In this document: positions 53,457-56,268 of the stretch, piece by piece
How the letters are laid out: each line of letters starts with the position of its first letter
Numbering within the stretch: the stretch's first letter is position 1
IMG/VR virus record: IMGVR_UViG_3300036832_001266
Coordinates: 1 to 56,268 of that record
Strand: one strand, 5' to 3'
Length of the DNA: 56,268 nt
Source: a virus
Taxonomy: Duplodnaviria > Caudoviricetes
Translations under genes and position numbers: made by a program
Notes under the pieces: generated by a model
What the model saw: only the letters and a program-made list of their open reading frames with translations
Database searches by the model: none
What the model was told of the DNA's origin: nothing

Positions 53457-53806
53457 TGCGTGATACGCGGGTACGGCGCTCGTTCTGTCTGCACTGCGGC
53501 AAGGAATTGGACTGCGCAATGCATTTTGCAAATGCCGTGCCAAATCAAGGAGATTTTACGGTCTGCATAGCCTGCGGACATCTCATGGTGTTCGGCAAGA
53601 AGATGCGTCTGCGCAATCCAAACCGTGCTGAACAGATTGCGATCGCTGGCAACCCGAAACTACTGATCATCCAAAAGGTGTTGGCTGCTTACAAGGAGAG
53701 TATCGATGTCAAAGACCAAGAAGGCCGAGAAGCTGATTCGCAAAGAGATCAAGAAGCATCGTCGGCAGAAACCGTTCAGGCTCAACAAGGTCGTAGCCAA
53801 AGGTAG
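53453..53806 (+). CDS. Zn-finger hypothetical protein
   Basis: CLHC...CIAC. Confidence 0.65.
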   Translation: MMRDTRVRRSFCLHCGKELDCAMHFANAVPNQGDFTVCIACGHLMVFGKKMRLRNPNRAEQIAIAGNPKLLIIQKVLAAYKESIDVKDQEGREADSQRDQEASSAETVQAQQGRSQR

Positions 53807-53906
53807 ACACCGCGGCTTGCCGATGACCTTTGCCATCTGGAATCTCAAGAGCGCCGGTGAACTGCGCGCCACGGCCGCTCGCGGACATTATCTTCGTGGG
53901 GCCTGA
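53706..53906 (+). CDS. Small basic protein
   Basis: AAGGAG RBS; TGATG coupling. Confidence 0.55.
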   Translation: MSKTKKAEKLIRKEIKKHRRQKPFRLNKVVAKGRHRGLPMTFAIWNLKSAGELRATAARGHYLRGA

Positions 53907-54364
53907 TGGCTGTCGAAACCTTCCTCACGAAACGCCGAGCGCTCTACAAGGGCGAGCTTGGATTGTTTGCCGACAACGAGATGGCTGAAGAGGATTTCCG
54001 CTTGTTCAGTCTGGGGGAAGTGTTCTTCAAGGGGTATCAACCGAAGACCCTGAAAGCACAGCAGTTTCTGTGGGGTCTTGTGTACAAGACTTGGCAGAAC
54101 ACCGATTACTGGATTGATCATCACCGTGCGATGATAGCCTTGAAGAAGCGCGTTAATTTCACCAAGGCGGTTCGCAATCCCGAGACCAAGCAGATGGAGC
54201 CAGCCGTTAGGTCGATAACGCGAATCGACGGTGAGCAGCTCCGTCTGCTGACGGAGCGAATCAAGGATGTCATCTGCGCTGATATTCTGCCTGGGATGAA
54301 TCGCAACGATTTGACGCGCGAGGTTGAGGAGATGTTAGGCATACGAGGAGGAAAGCAATGCTGA
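53906..54364 (+). CDS. Recombination-region protein (NinB/DUF1367-like, tentative)
   Basis: 152 aa; position and RSIT..D.E C-terminal pattern. Confidence 0.5.
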   Translation: MAVETFLTKRRALYKGELGLFADNEMAEEDFRLFSLGEVFFKGYQPKTLKAQQFLWGLVYKTWQNTDYWIDHHRAMIALKKRVNFTKAVRNPETKQMEPAVRSITRIDGEQLRLLTERIKDVICADILPGMNRNDLTREVEEMLGIRGGKQC

Positions 54365-54477
54365 TCTTGGGATGGTGCGCCGACAAGCTCGCACGCAGAC
54401 CTGACATCGCGAGCATGGTCGGGCTGGCACTGCTGGCTGCAACCGTCATCGCGTTCCTTGCAATCATGTTCCTCTGA
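54358..54477 (+). CDS. Small single-TM protein (39 aa)
   Basis: GAGGAGG RBS; hydrophobic C-terminus. Confidence 0.5.
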   Translation: MLILGWCADKLARRPDIASMVGLALLAATVIAFLAIMFL

Positions 54478-54486
54478 GAGGCGCAA

Positions 54487-54720
54487 ATGAGGAAAGTCAA
54501 TTCAAATAATAAGTCAGGGGAACCATGCGTGTTCTGGAATGCCCAACGGGAAAAATGGCAGGTCCAAATCACAATCCATGTCGGCCTTTTTCAATCCTTG
54601 AGAGAGGCCATAGCCGCACGCGACGAGGTCCGTAATGGAAACACTAGCCCTTCTCATCGTTCTTCAGAGCGAACCGTGGTGGCAGAAATGCGAGAGCGCA
54701 GCGCTCGATTTCGGCTATGA
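54487..54720 (+). CDS. AP2-like DNA-binding domain protein
   Basis: NNKSG..CVFW...KWQVQI..HVGLF....EAIAAR. Confidence 0.65.
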   Translation: MRKVNSNNKSGEPCVFWNAQREKWQVQITIHVGLFQSLREAIAARDEVRNGNTSPSHRSSERTVVAEMRERSARFRL

Positions 54721-54895
54721 CACTGGAGCAATCAACCTCGGCGTCGACATGGCACTTAACTGCCGGTATGCACCCCTAGCCGGACGACTCCGATCTGACG
54801 TTGAGATTTTAATTCTTGGATGGTGCGCAGAACATCCAAATGCACCTTGTATCGAGCTACTCAATGCCGCAGCTATGATCGAGAGAGGAAAATAA
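54635..54895 (+). CDS. Hypothetical protein
   Basis: GAGG RBS; 86 aa. Confidence 0.5.
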   Translation: METLALLIVLQSEPWWQKCESAALDFGYDTGAINLGVDMALNCRYAPLAGRLRSDVEILILGWCAEHPNAPCIELLNAAAMIERGK

Positions 54896-54896
54896 A

Positions 54897-55088
54897 ATGC
54901 CGCTGATATGCGACTACAGCAACTGCGTTAACGTCATACCCAAGAGCGGGTTCAGGTTGATGGTGACAGAAATCGCCGACGACAACCAGGTCACCGAGGT
55001 AGTTTTCTGTTCCTACGAGCACGCGATCCTGTACCTTGAGAGGCGATCCAGCGACGGTGAAATCCTGCGCGCGCAATATGGCACATGA
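54897..55088 (+). CDS. Small Cys-containing protein
   Basis: CDYSNC...FCS; coupled. Confidence 0.6.
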   Translation: MPLICDYSNCVNVIPKSGFRLMVTEIADDNQVTEVVFCSYEHAILYLERRSSDGEILRAQYGT

Positions 55089-55816
55089 TTGCCAGCGCGG
55101 TCGCCATAGTCTGCCTTGGCCTTGCTAAGGGCGGCTTCGTCGGACTTGGTCTGCTTGCCACACCAATACTGATGCTCTCATTGCCACCGCTCGACGCAGT
55201 TGCGGTGCTCATCCCCGTCATGCTGGCCCAGGATATCTTCTCGGTGTGGGCTTATCGACGCGAGTACGATCCCCGCAACCTCCGCATCATGCTGCCGGGC
55301 GTTCTAATCGGCATAACCGTTGCGTGGCTCTTGCTTGTGGAGATAACGCACATTCGACTACTCGTGGGGCTAACACTGCTTTGGCTCGTAATCACGCAGA
55401 CATTCGGTCCATCATCGCACCGATCTTCCCCCGTCGTTGGAACCTTTTGGGGCGTCGCGTCGGGCTTCGCTGGTCTCGTCTCAAACGCCGGTAGCATAGG
55501 CTTTCTGATGTACGTATTTCCACAACGCCTTGCGCCCCGCGTCTACGCTGGGACCATGGCTATCTTCTTTGCCGTGGTCGATCTGGCGAAGCTGCCCCCG
55601 TTCATCGGAATGAGACAATTCACACAGGAAAATCTTGAGCATTCGGCGTTCCTGATTCTGCCGGCCCTGGCAATGAACTGGATCGGAATCATTCTCGTCC
55701 GTCGCATCAACCCTCGACTGTTCTACCGACTAGCAACCGCCCTGGTCTTCTGCATAGCCGTCATCTTGATATGGCAGGATTGGAGTCAATCTGACGGGGC
55801 GCCGAGGACCGAATGA
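55085..55816 (+). CDS. TauE/SafE (TSUP) family membrane transporter
   Basis: GLAKGGF.GLG, multiple TM helices, YAGT..IFFA.V..AKLPP. Confidence 0.85.
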   Translation: MIASAVAIVCLGLAKGGFVGLGLLATPILMLSLPPLDAVAVLIPVMLAQDIFSVWAYRREYDPRNLRIMLPGVLIGITVAWLLLVEITHIRLLVGLTLLWLVITQTFGPSSHRSSPVVGTFWGVASGFAGLVSNAGSIGFLMYVFPQRLAPRVYAGTMAIFFAVVDLAKLPPFIGMRQFTQENLEHSAFLILPALAMNWIGIILVRRINPRLFYRLATALVFCIAVILIWQDWSQSDGAPRTE

Positions 55817-56199
55817 GAAACCTGAACCTGCTCGATCTATATCGTGACCGCGACGCCGCTCACCGTGTTTACGGTCATCCAGGCGACCATGGTTGCGGTG
55901 TGTTCAACGTGCCTTCGTCAATCGACAAAGGGCTGCTTACAGTCGTCGCATCGGATGGCGGTGAATGGGATCACGTCTCGGTATCCCGTGCAAACCGCTG
56001 TCCAAACTGGCCGGAGATGGAGCACATCAAACGCCTGTTCTTCAAAGATGATGAGGTGGCGATGCAGCTCCACGTGCCACCAGCGGACCATCTCAACATG
56101 CATCCGTATTGCTTGCATCTCTGGCGCCCGCAAAATGCACCGATCCCCCGTCCGCCTGGATGGATGGTTGCACCCGCTTCCACCAAGCCCTCCATCTGA
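55813..56199 (+). CDS. Conserved phage protein (WDHVSVS / HPYCLHLW motif)
   Basis: WDHVSVSRANRCPNWPEM...MQLH...HPYCLHLW. Confidence 0.8.
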   Translation: MRNLNLLDLYRDRDAAHRVYGHPGDHGCGVFNVPSSIDKGLLTVVASDGGEWDHVSVSRANRCPNWPEMEHIKRLFFKDDEVAMQLHVPPADHLNMHPYCLHLWRPQNAPIPRPPGWMVAPASTKPSI

Positions 56200-56268
56200 A
56201 GAAAGCTCAAGCTTCGGCGTCGGCAGAAGGAGCAGGATAGATCACCTCGACCTGGTCATCGGTCGTGA

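Larger units (their letters stand above)
1..56268. mobile_element. Tailed dsDNA bacteriophage (podovirus-like) genome segment
   Basis: terL, portal, major capsid, adaptors, nozzle, tailspikes, helicase and ERF in two divergent, tightly coupled gene blocks; no host housekeeping context. Confidence 0.97.

Noticed and set aside
54358-54835. LILGWCA heptapeptide in two neighbouring small ORFs
   Set aside because: Too short, with no flanking similarity; cannot be separated from chance
1-56268. Integrase/att sites, tRNA genes, lysis cassette
   Set aside because: None recognised; the window is incomplete, so lifestyle cannot be assigned

Overview
This window is most of a tailed dsDNA phage genome with podovirus-like (short-tail) organisation. 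The host is probably an alphaproteobacterium, inferred from a VPGP-CTERM protein and the high GC content. Positions 1-39.7 kb run mainly on the minus strand and hold the packaging and virion module: HNH nuclease, terS candidate, terL, portal, GroES-like chaperonin, scaffold, Mu gpT-like major capsid, adaptors, two beta-helix tailspikes, nozzle, and a >1,719-aa internal virion protein that the ORF track misses. Positions 39.8-56.3 kb run mainly on the plus strand and hold the early/replication-recombination module: SF2 helicase, ERF annealase, HTH and RHH regulators, MT-A70 methylase, and TauE. No integrase, DNA polymerase, holin/endolysin cassette, tRNA or CRISPR array was recognised. The most interesting signals are: (1) a PP-loop/asparagine-synthetase-like enzyme cassette inserted just upstream of a virion gene carrying a 24-Cys Gly/Cys domain; (2) a complete type II hammerhead ribozyme in the early leader; (3) recurrent xxGG motifs in head-associated proteins; (4) three identical-loop hairpins plus a TGACAT operator in the capsid leader, the operator being shared with the early promoter; (5) an ATC-start or amber-readthrough tail gene. 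All family calls come from motif recognition, not database searches.
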